From NCBI GenBank assembly GCA_010672345.1, contig JAAHGY010000008.1:1-37808 (forward strand): 37,808 bases of DNA. The letters are read 5' to 3'. How positions within the stretch are numbered: position 1 is the stretch's first letter; each line of letters begins with the position of its first letter. This document shows positions 9,264 to 16,902 of this stretch, piece by piece. Both the position numbers and the translations under genes were made by a program. The notes beneath the pieces are model-generated. The model saw only the letters and a list, made by a program, of their open reading frames with translations. It did not search any database and was not told the origin of the DNA. Source of the stretch: Cyanothece sp. SIO2G6. Its GTDB lineage: Bacteria > Cyanobacteriota > Cyanobacteriia > CAKZMO01.

Positions 9264-9337
9264 CCCAGCCCTCCCCTTGCTAAGGGGAGGGAGTCAGTCG
9301 GTCTCCCCCCTTGGTAAGGGGGGACGGAGGGGGGTGG
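9258..9337. repeat. double-hairpin palindromic repeat element, copy A
   Basis: CCCCACCCCAGCCCTCCCCTTGCTAAGGGGAGGGAG..TCTCCCCCCTTGGTAAGGGGGGA..; reverse-complement copies at 20135-20217 and 23341-23417. Confidence 0.8.
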
Positions 9338-9435
9338 AAATGGTTGTTCTAACTATTCTAATGGTTGGGGTGGAAATGCGATACGTGCTCTGCACAGACA
9401 AGCGATCGCCCCTTTCCATTGAATGCGATCGCTCC

Positions 9436-9463
9436 TTATTGAGAATACGATACTCGCTATAAT
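9436..9463 (+). promoter_or_regulatory. candidate sigma-70 promoter for brnTA
   Basis: TTATTG, 16 nt, TATAAT (9458-9463), about 33 nt upstream of the brnT frame. Confidence 0.3.
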
Positions 9464-9495
9464 AGTGGTGTTATCGCAGTTAAGGTGCAAGAGAG

Positions 9496-9783
9496 CTGGA
9501 ATTCGTTTGGGATGAAGCCAAAAATCTTAGCAATCAACAGAAACACAATGTTGACTTTGCTGAGGCAAAGACTGTTTTCCAGGATGATTATGCTCGATTA
9601 ATTTTTGATCCTGATCATTCAGACACAGAAGATCGATTTATTTTGCTGGGCTTAAGTGCCCGATTTCGTCTGTTAATTGTTTGTCACTGCTATAGAGAAG
9701 GAGAAACGATTCGGATCATCTCTGCTAGACGCGCCAATAAATTTGAAAAACGCCAATATGATAGGTTTCGCTATGAGAGATAA
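9496..9783 (+). CDS. brnT: BrnT family toxin (DUF497)
   Basis: open frame 9484-9780 reads LEFVWDEAKNLSNQQKHNVDFAEAKTVFQDDYARLIFDPDHSDTEDRFILLGLSARFRLLIVCHCYREGETIRIISARRANKFEKRQY; no ATG/GTG/TTG at the expected position, CTG at 9496; absent from the ORF track. Confidence 0.75.
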   Translation: MEFVWDEAKNLSNQQKHNVDFAEAKTVFQDDYARLIFDPDHSDTEDRFILLGLSARFRLLIVCHCYREGETIRIISARRANKFEKRQYDRFRYER

Positions 9784-9979
9784 CTACGATTTTTCTAACT
9801 CGACTCAAAATCCTTACGCCAAATCTTTTGGGCAAGAGGTAAAGTTGCAACTTGATGATGCGACACTGGGGTTTTTCAAACAAATGGCAGAAGAGAAAGG
9901 GATGACATACCAGGGCTTAATGTATCTCTACTTGCAGGATTGCGCGAAAACAAAGCGGGAACTTATCTCGGGTATGTAG
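9773..9979 (+). CDS. brnA: BrnA antitoxin
   Basis: MRDNYDFSNSTQNPYAKSF..VKLQLDDATLGFFKQMAEEKGMTYQGLMYLYLQDCA matches BrnA; the ATG overlaps the brnT stop (alternative ATG at 9758). Confidence 0.8.
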   Translation: MRDNYDFSNSTQNPYAKSFGQEVKLQLDDATLGFFKQMAEEKGMTYQGLMYLYLQDCAKTKRELISGM

Positions 9980-10342
9980 GGACTAGCGATCGCCCCTTCT
10001 CTCTCGTTTCAATGATGTTGAGGGCGCGATCGCTCCAATATCACTCACCTCAATTACAAGCCAAATTACTCCTGAAGGTGAGGCATTTTCTTTCGTCAAT
10101 CCATCCTACGGCAACGGCTAAGGCGATCGCACTAGCAAATGTAGCCAGGAAAGATAATGCTGGGTTTTCTTTCGTCAACCTAACCTGCGAGGGCGTTGGC
10201 TTGCCTGTGCGGAGCACGTATCGCACTTTCTGCTTTTGTATTGTCCCAACCGATAACCCAGCGGCATAACGGTGAAAGCCAGCGGCGGTAAATATCCTCG
10301 GCATTTCACCAAACAGCTTTGACCGCCCGCTGCGCTGAGGTG

Positions 10343-10747
10343 TTAGCTCGCTGGCGGCAACAACCTGATAAACCCCTCCTGCTCAAAGTGACGGTCTGTC
10401 GTTAATGCATCGCTGATGCCGCACTGGCACATTAGGACAAAACTGACTGCATCGCACAATGAATAGGTTTTGTCCTGTCGATTAGCCAAAAGCTGCATAG
10501 CCTCTCGGTGTAGTGACTCATCAACCCAGACTGTTTCGATGTCTGGGTTGTCAACCAAGTCAACCACAAACTCTAAAACTTTTGTCCGAGGAAGTCGGCG
10601 AACCAGTGCAAGGGCAATCAACTCAGCTAAAACATGGCTATGAGTCAAGAGTCTACTGTCCGCACCATCGACTAACTGAACTGTCTTTTCATGCTGCGGT
10701 TCGTCCCGATGAACATAGCACAACAAGCCTGATGTATCTAGAAGCAC
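10343..10747 (-). CDS. vapC: PIN domain toxin (VapC-like)
   Basis: LLDTSGLL near the N-terminus, ..LCDAVSFVLM.. and ALTTDRHFEQ, the usual PIN acidic positions; GTG start 15 nt after the upstream antitoxin stop. Confidence 0.8.
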   Translation of the reverse strand: MLLDTSGLLCYVHRDEPQHEKTVQLVDGADSRLLTHSHVLAELIALALVRRLPRTKVLEFVVDLVDNPDIETVWVDESLHREAMQLLANRQDKTYSLCDAVSFVLMCQCGISDALTTDRHFEQEGFIRLLPPAS

Positions 10748-10762
10748 AAAGTTACTCCGCCC

Positions 10763-11041
10763 CTAATACTCATCGGCATAAGCTCTTGCGAGATCAGCAT
10801 CAATCGCTTGGTTGTCGGAACCCGTCGCGTGTCCTAGACTGATTGCACCTGCATGACTTTTGAATTTCTGTCGTGCTTGCTCTTGTCGCTCCGGAGATAG
10901 CATTACTCTGGTGACCGTTTCACCTTGTCGGCTGAGAACAGTGACTATCCACTCCGTCATGGGTACGCCTACTGCATTGGCCTTACGCTGTAAGTCTGCG
11001 TAAACTTCATCGCTGATTTCCAGGGTTAACTGCTGACTCAT
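10763..11041 (-). CDS. VapB-type antitoxin partner of the PIN toxin
   Basis: 92 aa from ATG 11041 (MSQQLTLEISDEVYADLQRKANAVGVPMTEWIV..); small upstream partner of the PIN gene; the longer ORF-track start is unlikely. Confidence 0.65.
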   Translation of the reverse strand: MSQQLTLEISDEVYADLQRKANAVGVPMTEWIVTVLSRQGETVTRVMLSPERQEQARQKFKSHAGAISLGHATGSDNQAIDADLARAYADEY

Positions 11042-11167
11042 AGATGTGAAACACATTAAGCAACTGCAATTAATTATAACTCTCTCCGAAAAGTGCCCGA
11101 TAAGCAAGCCTGTGACTTTTGCACCATCAGTAGACTGGCGATTCCAAGCTTTACAGGCATGATCTAT

Positions 11168-11641
11168 TTATCGAACCAGATCAGACTCAACCTCTCTTAA
11201 ATAATCGCAAAAAACTTGATGGGCAGTTTTGTGATCGCCTTCTGGCGTCATGTCACATAACCACCAGATAGGGCTACTCTGATAACATCTTGGCTGGTCA
11301 GTGGCGATTAATCGACCGAGATGTTCACAATTCCAACCGGATAAGGTGTACTCCCAGTCTGCAAAAACATAAAGAGCGTACTTAAGTCGCTTAATGGTTT
11401 TGTCCGCTGGAAAAGCGAGGTGATCAATGCCAAGAACAAATTTTGCTTCAATCCTCTCAAATGGGCGTAATCCTTGACCTGTATCGAAAATATGTGTGTC
11501 CGATAAGCCGATTCCATAATGCCAGAATGGATCAGGCGGGTTTTGCCAGTTAAGTAATTGACCATATCGGTTGCTTGAAGAATCCGTTAGGGAATCGATC
11601 GCTTCTGTAGTCTTTTCAACTTGATCAAAAGATAAGGGCAT
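11168..11641 (-). CDS. hypothetical protein with LRAT/NlpC-P60-like His..His..Cys motifs
   Basis: WHYGIGLSDTHIFD (two His) and EYTLSGWNCEHLGRLI (NCEH motif of the LRAT/H-rev107 family), spaced about 80 aa apart. Confidence 0.45.
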   Translation of the reverse strand: MPLSFDQVEKTTEAIDSLTDSSSNRYGQLLNWQNPPDPFWHYGIGLSDTHIFDTGQGLRPFERIEAKFVLGIDHLAFPADKTIKRLKYALYVFADWEYTLSGWNCEHLGRLIATDQPRCYQSSPIWWLCDMTPEGDHKTAHQVFCDYLREVESDLVR

Positions 11642-11820
11642 AACTGAAAGATAAAATCACTAAAACCAGATAGCCAAATCGTTAAAACAAACCTAACATT
11701 GGCTTCTTAAATGGCAGTTCTGAGTCGAGAGTTTTACAAAAAGTTATAGGCAGGCAACTCCTAATAACCATGTAACCAGTGGATTAAGCGAGCTAACTAT
11801 TTATTAGAGGGAAACTTTCT

Positions 11821-11942
11821 GCCTAATCCCCCAATATGGCAGATTAGATAGAAATATTTCAGCCTAATCCTCCAATTTAGGGGGATTAGGTAGAAAACTG
11901 TCCGCCTAATCCCCCGTATATGGGGATTAGATGGAATGACTC
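11821..11942. repeat. three tandem ~41-bp units, each a GCCTAATCCCCC..GGGGATTAG hairpin
   Basis: units start at 11821, 11862 and 11904; the whole unit repeats with no unique spacers. Confidence 0.75.
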
Positions 11943-12563
11943 AGTATAACCAACTTTTCTAGGTGCGATCGCCCATGCTCTCTCAAGTCTTTGCTAACTG
12001 GGATAAAAACACGATACGCTTGATGGAGTATTGTTGCGCGATCGCGTCATCACCTCCCAACCCGATCACAGAATATCTGACTTCTAGGGGGGTGGCAACG
12101 TTGGGGGCGATCGCTTCTTAGAGTCACTACTGTAGAATGAGAGAACCCTAACTGCATGGATGGGAGTTCAACGAATGATTGCGTTGTCCATGCCTCTCCA
12201 TAAGAGAATCGCCCAGAAAATACTGGCCTGAATTCTCGTTAACCACTGCACAAATTGTTGCCATGACCGAAGAGTAGCACCGCATTATGGGCAGTGCGAT
12301 CGCTCTCCAAAGATCGGGCTGAGGTACGTTGGTTCTGGTAAGCTGCCTCAATCAGAGGGCAAATAAGAGAAAACATTTGACTGATTTTGTAATACTTTTC
12401 CATGTCAAACTTCTTCAGCAAGAATAGCGATCGCCTGCGTTACACTGACATTCAGTGCGATCGCTCAGCATAGGATGAGTCGATGCACGAAACCCAACAT
12501 TCAATGTTTTCGCGATCCCCTCCCACTCTCAATCCCTTGATCCTCATCACTTTACTCTACCCA

Positions 12564-13355
12564 TCAGGTCGCCAGGATTTCCTTGACCCGACTCGCCAAC
12601 TCCCGCACTGCCGATCGCTGCCCGATCGTCTTCGCCCGTTCCATAAACTGTGGCAATTCCAGAACAGGCATTTGGGGAAACGCCAAACTCGTTGAGGTTT
12701 CCTGATAATCAGTCTGCTCAGCATTCAATTGATAAATCGTCAAAATACCCCGACGCAATCGCCAAATTTCCGGGATTTTCAACGCTGCATAAATGGGAAA
12801 TTTATTTAGTGAACCATGACTGTTATCCACTTCCACCGCTAAATCCGGAGGTGGGTGAATCTCAAAATCCAACGTCTCAACTCCCCGGACCACTGCCTCA
12901 TTTTGGATATAAAAGCACCCATCTGGTTCCAGTCCCTTTTGTTGGCCCGGATTTTTCATCGTCAGCGAACCGAGGCTACGCAGTTCTAGTTCCAACACAT
13001 CAATAAAAACGGCTAAAAAATGTTCAAATAATCGTGTTGGTTCTTCATGCTGTTCGAGGGGAACCATAATTTCCAAAAAACCATCACAGTACGTAAACCG
13101 TTGATGACGGTGTTCTCCGGTTTCTGCTAACAATCGTTCGTAAGTCTCCCAGCTAATACCTTCCAAAACAATCCGTGTTGCGGCAGTGGATGGAGCGATA
13201 TCCGGTGCAGTGGCATGTTTTTCAGGATGAGCTTGGGCAACATCAGCTTGGGCAACATCAGCTTGAGACACATCGCCAATAGGGTGACGTTGCGCTGTCG
13301 AGTTTTCCTCTAATCTCACAGCTGATTGTTCTTCTTGCAACTCATTTATAACCAT
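12564..13355 (-). CDS. Uma2 family (DUF820) endonuclease with N-terminal low-complexity extension
   Basis: ISWETYERLLAETGEHRHQRFTYCDGFLEIMVP...PDLAVEVDNSH...IPEIWRL, the Uma2 pattern. Confidence 0.85.
   Translation of the reverse strand: MVINELQEEQSAVRLEENSTAQRHPIGDVSQADVAQADVAQAHPEKHATAPDIAPSTAATRIVLEGISWETYERLLAETGEHRHQRFTYCDGFLEIMVPLEQHEEPTRLFEHFLAVFIDVLELELRSLGSLTMKNPGQQKGLEPDGCFYIQNEAVVRGVETLDFEIHPPPDLAVEVDNSHGSLNKFPIYAALKIPEIWRLRRGILTIYQLNAEQTDYQETSTSLAFPQMPVLELPQFMERAKTIGQRSAVRELASRVKEILAT
13231..13275. repeat. 15-bp x3 in-frame tandem repeat (GCTTGGGCAACATCA)
   Basis: two perfect units and one diverged; encodes DVSQADVAQADVAQA in the Uma2 N-terminus. Confidence 0.8.
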
Positions 13356-13401
13356 AGCAAACGGATAGTAAACAGAGATTGATCCTTATTCTAATAGATT
13401 C

Positions 13402-13458
13402 GTCCGAAAATTAGAGTAGAGTGCCCGCTGAGCGGGCACTCTACTCTAATTTTCGGAC
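13402..13458. repeat. perfect 27-bp-stem hairpin, 3-nt loop
   Basis: GTCCGAAAATTAGAGTAGAGTGCCCGC tga GCGGGCACTCTACTCTAATTTTCGGAC; lies in a divergent intergenic region. Confidence 0.9.
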
Positions 13459-13570
13459 AGGTCTAATGATTTGGGTGGAAATGCGATCGCCCCCTCTTGT
13501 TTCTCACAAAGGCTAGATACGCGATCGCTCTTCTCTCTTCTCCCTGATGTTATAGCCGTAGACACTTCAG

Positions 13571-13625
13571 TTAGGACAGAGATGTTTTTGTGGGGGCACT
13601 TCGTGCCCCCACAAAAACGTCCTAA
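13571..13625. repeat. hairpin GTTTTTGTGGGGGCAC ttc GTGCCCCCACAAAAAC extended by TTAGGAC/GTCCTAA
   Basis: 16-bp perfect stem (13584-13599 and 13603-13618) plus a 7-bp outer stem with a 6-nt bulge; the arm sequence recurs at 23280-23295 and 23444-23458. Confidence 0.9.
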
Positions 13626-13744
13626 CCAATGTGGCGACCGCGATAGTGGCTGAAGGCAAAGTCCAAAGAATGGATACAGCATGCGATTAAAAATAAGGCA
13701 ACCATGCCACAATAGAGGCGTAGACCTATCCTCAGGCTCCAATC

Positions 13745-15700
13745 ATGGCTGATCGTTCTCACTCCCGCATCCGCACCAAGCACCCCTCGTCCTTCCATAA
13801 TTTGCCATTGAATCGGTTGCCAGAGCGATCGTTTGGGCTTCAGGCGAAACCCGAAACCAGTGAGACCAAGGTTCAAAGACAGAGCAACACGGACTCCGCC
13901 CAGACCAGCCAATTCACTGCCCGTAACGTCAATATTTTGGCGAGTCTTTTGGCTCAGGGCCAAACACCTGCGGTTCAGGCTAAATCCCAAACCCCTGAGG
14001 TCAAACCCCAATCTCCACTCTATCAACCTAGGTCTTTCGGTCATGACTTTACCACCACGCCTTTCCTCCAACCCAAGCTGACGGTCGGGGCGGTGGATGA
14101 TCCGTATGAACAGGAAGCCGATCGCGTGGCGGCAGAAGTGGTTCAGCGCATCAATCAACCCCAATCCAACAAGTCTGGGTCGCAACAGCAGCGGGGGACA
14201 ACCAATACAGTGCAACGGCAAGACGTACCCGAAGAAGATGAAGAATTGCAGATGCAGCCTGTCTCAACTCTTCAGCAACAGAATATACCCGAAGAAGATG
14301 AAGAATTGCAGATGCAGCCGATGGAGTCGGTGCAACGGCAAGACATGCCCGCAGAAGAAGATGAAGAATTGCAGATGTCTCCTGTTTCCTCTCTGCAACG
14401 AAAGGAGGCGCTTGGAGACGAGGATGAGCTACAGATGAAACCTGTGGTGAAACTCCAGCGGCAGGAGATGGCGGAAGAGGATGAAGAATTGCAGATGCAG
14501 CCTATCTCAACTCTTCAACGTCAGGAGATGGCGGAAGATACGAATGAGTTACAGATGCAACCCCAAATCGAGCGTGTGGGTGCAGCAGGGGGAGCGGTGT
14601 CGGATGAATTTGAGCAGGAATTAAATACGGCCCGTGGTGGTGGGCAGGCGTTAGCACCAGAGTTGCAGGCTCAAATGGGGCAAGCAATGGGGGCGGATTT
14701 TAGTGGAGTGCGAGTGCATACCGATGGGCGATCGGATGCGCTAAACCAATCCGTCGGAGCCAGAGCCTTTACAACCGGGCAGGATGTATTTTTTAAGCGA
14801 GGGGAGTATCAACCGGGAAACCGAGGGGGTCAGGAGTTGCTTGCCCATGAGTTGACCCATGTGGTGCAGCAGAGTGGTGATACGGCAAAGCCGCATTCCC
14901 CTGTTCAAACCAACCGTGAAATGCCAATCCAGCGGAAAGCCGTTGAAGGGATTTCGGAATTTCAAACATCCGATGGGATTATCTTTTTCGATTTAGGGAA
15001 TGGTTTGTTCGGCAGCGATCGGCCCATTACTGCCCGCGATGTAAGCGAGTTGGTAAACGTCATACACGAGGCTCCAGGTAGAACAAATATTCAGATATTG
15101 ACAGGAACTCACGGTGATTATAACGGGAACCTAACTGGTGAACCAGTATTTTATGAACAAGATCTAAAGCATGAAGGACACAAGCATAAAGAAGGGGGGT
15201 GGGTTAATGTTCTGGATGTCAAAAAACGCAGTAAAGAACGCATAGAGGGATGGATGAAGCCCGGTTCTAATCGTGCTGTCATTTTGGCGTGGTGTTACAG
15301 CCAAGAATCTGTTAAAAACTGGGCTTTTGTGAATGCGAGGTGGGGACCAAAACAACCGTGGGCTTGGTCTAACGATTTAGGGGTTTCACGAGAGTGGGCC
15401 ATGTCTGTCATCCAAAAAGAAATGAATGAAAAGTTAGAGGAGAAAAGATCAAGTGATGGTTATGAGAAACGACGGAAGCAATACGAAAGTTATTCAGATG
15501 AGCAATTGATAGAAGGTATTAAAAAACGTGAGCCTTCACACTTTTACGCATTAGTTAAGTATGAAATGTATCTACAAAGAACAAATCAGCTAAAATACCC
15601 GCTACCCTATCCCCTCCCAGAAGTCTTACAAAGCGAAAACAATGGAGAGGCATACATGCAAAAGTGGGTTAAGGGGCAAGGGGGATATTTGACGAACTAA
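13745..15700 (+). CDS. DUF4157 domain protein (HExxH) with acidic repeats and an unassigned C-terminal domain
   Basis: LQPKLTVGAVDDPYEQEADRVAAEVV and GADFSGVRVHTDGRSDALNQSVGARAFTTGQDVFF...LLAHELTHVVQQ are DUF4157 hallmarks; the roughly 250-aa C-terminal part is unrecognised. Confidence 0.85.
   Translation: MADRSHSRIRTKHPSSFHNLPLNRLPERSFGLQAKPETSETKVQRQSNTDSAQTSQFTARNVNILASLLAQGQTPAVQAKSQTPEVKPQSPLYQPRSFGHDFTTTPFLQPKLTVGAVDDPYEQEADRVAAEVVQRINQPQSNKSGSQQQRGTTNTVQRQDVPEEDEELQMQPVSTLQQQNIPEEDEELQMQPMESVQRQDMPAEEDEELQMSPVSSLQRKEALGDEDELQMKPVVKLQRQEMAEEDEELQMQPISTLQRQEMAEDTNELQMQPQIERVGAAGGAVSDEFEQELNTARGGGQALAPELQAQMGQAMGADFSGVRVHTDGRSDALNQSVGARAFTTGQDVFFKRGEYQPGNRGGQELLAHELTHVVQQSGDTAKPHSPVQTNREMPIQRKAVEGISEFQTSDGIIFFDLGNGLFGSDRPITARDVSELVNVIHEAPGRTNIQILTGTHGDYNGNLTGEPVFYEQDLKHEGHKHKEGGWVNVLDVKKRSKERIEGWMKPGSNRAVILAWCYSQESVKNWAFVNARWGPKQPWAWSNDLGVSREWAMSVIQKEMNEKLEEKRSSDGYEKRRKQYESYSDEQLIEGIKKREPSHFYALVKYEMYLQRTNQLKYPLPYPLPEVLQSENNGEAYMQKWVKGQGGYLTN
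14209..14570. repeat. six ~60-bp in-frame tandem repeats
   Basis: units ..QRQDVPEEDEELQMQPVSTLQ.. begin near 14212, 14275, 14332, 14395, 14455 and 14515. Confidence 0.85.
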
Positions 15701-15717
15701 CCTGACAGCTCCTTGTA

Positions 15718-15766
15718 GGATGCATTAGCGTGGAGCGCAATGCACCGTTTTAGCGATCGCTTTTTC
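15718..15766 (+). terminator. candidate intrinsic terminator after the DUF4157 gene
   Basis: imperfect hairpin GGaTGCATTaGCG tggag CGCAATGCACC followed by GTTTT..GCTTTTTCC; lies between convergent genes; same repeat type as 26711-26742. Confidence 0.35.
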
Positions 15767-15825
15767 CTGATACCACCCGGCAAAACTCCTCCAAGAACAG
15801 TGTCCTTTTGAAATATATTTGCAGT

Positions 15826-16899
15826 TCACTTGCAGCACGAAATGTCGGTTACAGTCTTACCCAGATCATGGCTCTCCCAAGGATCGCCCATTCCTGCCAG
15901 CACCCGTCGGGGACCAGAAAAAGGCTGCCGTCCGTGGGTTGCTAACATATTGTCCAACAGCAACACGTCCCCCGCTTGCCAAGAAAACAAGATCGCTTCT
16001 GCGGTAAACGCTTGGTGAACCATTTCTAGCACATCAGGGGGAATGTCTGCCCCATTGCCATAGTAGGTGTTGCGGGGCACCCGATCAGCGGCAACACTCG
16101 CAAGCAAATTGGCTCGAACCGCAGGGTCCAATGTATTGATATTGAAGAGATGGGCCTGATTAAACCAAACAGCCTCTCTGGTGTGGGGATGGTGGGCGAT
16201 CGCCTGACACACTTGCCGCGTTTGTAACTGGTCACCGTCATGCCAGGTAAACTCAATCTGAGCTTGCTGACAGTAAGCTTCTACCTCAGATCGGTCCTCT
16301 GTTTGGAACACTTCCTGCCAGGGTAAATCCAGGCCACCGCCATAGTTACGGACGTACAATACCCCCTGTTGTTGAAATCGCGATCGCACGGCTGGATCAA
16401 TCCGCTCCAGAATACGGCGACTATCCGCGATCGGGGTTGCGCCTCCCTCAGCGGCAGGTTGCACACAATAGAAAGCAATTCTCAAGGGCCACTGACACGC
16501 ATAAGCCATCTCGTTGTGGAGAGGAATGGCACGATTGGCCGGATATTCCGTGGAGGTGTAGACGGAACCTTGCACTTGGGTACGAGGTGTGGAGCGGTAG
16601 GTATAGGGCATGGGTGGGTGGGCGATCGCCTGGATAAACTCACCAAAACCCTCGACCCCCGCCACCTGAAACCCACGAAACAGCACGCCGCCATGGTGGT
16701 GGAGCCACTGAGTAATCGTAGTCGGGTGGTGGGATATCCAATCCGTCAAACTTAATTCCGCTTGGGTCGGTTGCACCAGGAGGGGCAGGGCTGAATCGGG
16801 TTGCAGAGGGGTGGTCTGAACCAGAGTTTCGGTATTGAGGCTGACGCGCCGCCGTTGGCGCTTACCGGGAAAAGCAGTGGGTGATGTGGGTGATGGCAT
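15826..16899 (-). CDS. TauD/TfdA-family Fe(II)/2-oxoglutarate dioxygenase (SyrP-like amino-acyl beta-hydroxylase)
   Basis: VLFRGF..PLHNEMAY (HxE)..GGATPIAD..LDNMLATHGRQPF (distal His plus Arg); paralogue of the domain fused to NRPS-B. Confidence 0.85.
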   Translation of the reverse strand: MPSPTSPTAFPGKRQRRRVSLNTETLVQTTPLQPDSALPLLVQPTQAELSLTDWISHHPTTITQWLHHHGGVLFRGFQVAGVEGFGEFIQAIAHPPMPYTYRSTPRTQVQGSVYTSTEYPANRAIPLHNEMAYACQWPLRIAFYCVQPAAEGGATPIADSRRILERIDPAVRSRFQQQGVLYVRNYGGGLDLPWQEVFQTEDRSEVEAYCQQAQIEFTWHDGDQLQTRQVCQAIAHHPHTREAVWFNQAHLFNINTLDPAVRANLLASVAADRVPRNTYYGNGADIPPDVLEMVHQAFTAEAILFSWQAGDVLLLDNMLATHGRQPFSGPRRVLAGMGDPWESHDLGKTVTDISCCK

Positions 16900-16902
16900 A
16901 AG

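Noticed and set aside
9253-9462. 69-aa plus-strand ORF ([24 protein letters not shown]..)
   Set aside because: It is simply the translation of the palindromic repeat element. The same peptide-like string appears wherever the repeat occurs.
9940-10304. Two overlapping ORFs (109 aa plus strand, 84 aa minus strand) and a 14-nt direct repeat TTTTCTTTCGTCAA (10086 and 10166)
   Set aside because: Neither has a ribosome-binding site, a recognisable motif or a clear strand preference, so the region is left unannotated. It could hold a gene remnant, but I cannot support one.
11821-11942. Possible CRISPR array
   Set aside because: The whole 41-bp unit repeats head to tail with no unique spacers. There are only three units and no cas genes in the window.
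12148-12421. Two overlapping 60-67-aa minus-strand ORFs in the gene-poor stretch
   Set aside because: They have no SD and no homology, and they lie in mutually exclusive frames. They are probably noise or a decayed gene.
13622-14221. 199-aa minus-strand ORF overlapping the DUF4157 gene start
   Set aside because: It lies antisense to a well-supported CDS and runs into the hairpin repeat. Its Arg/Gly/Leu-rich composition is typical of an antisense frame.
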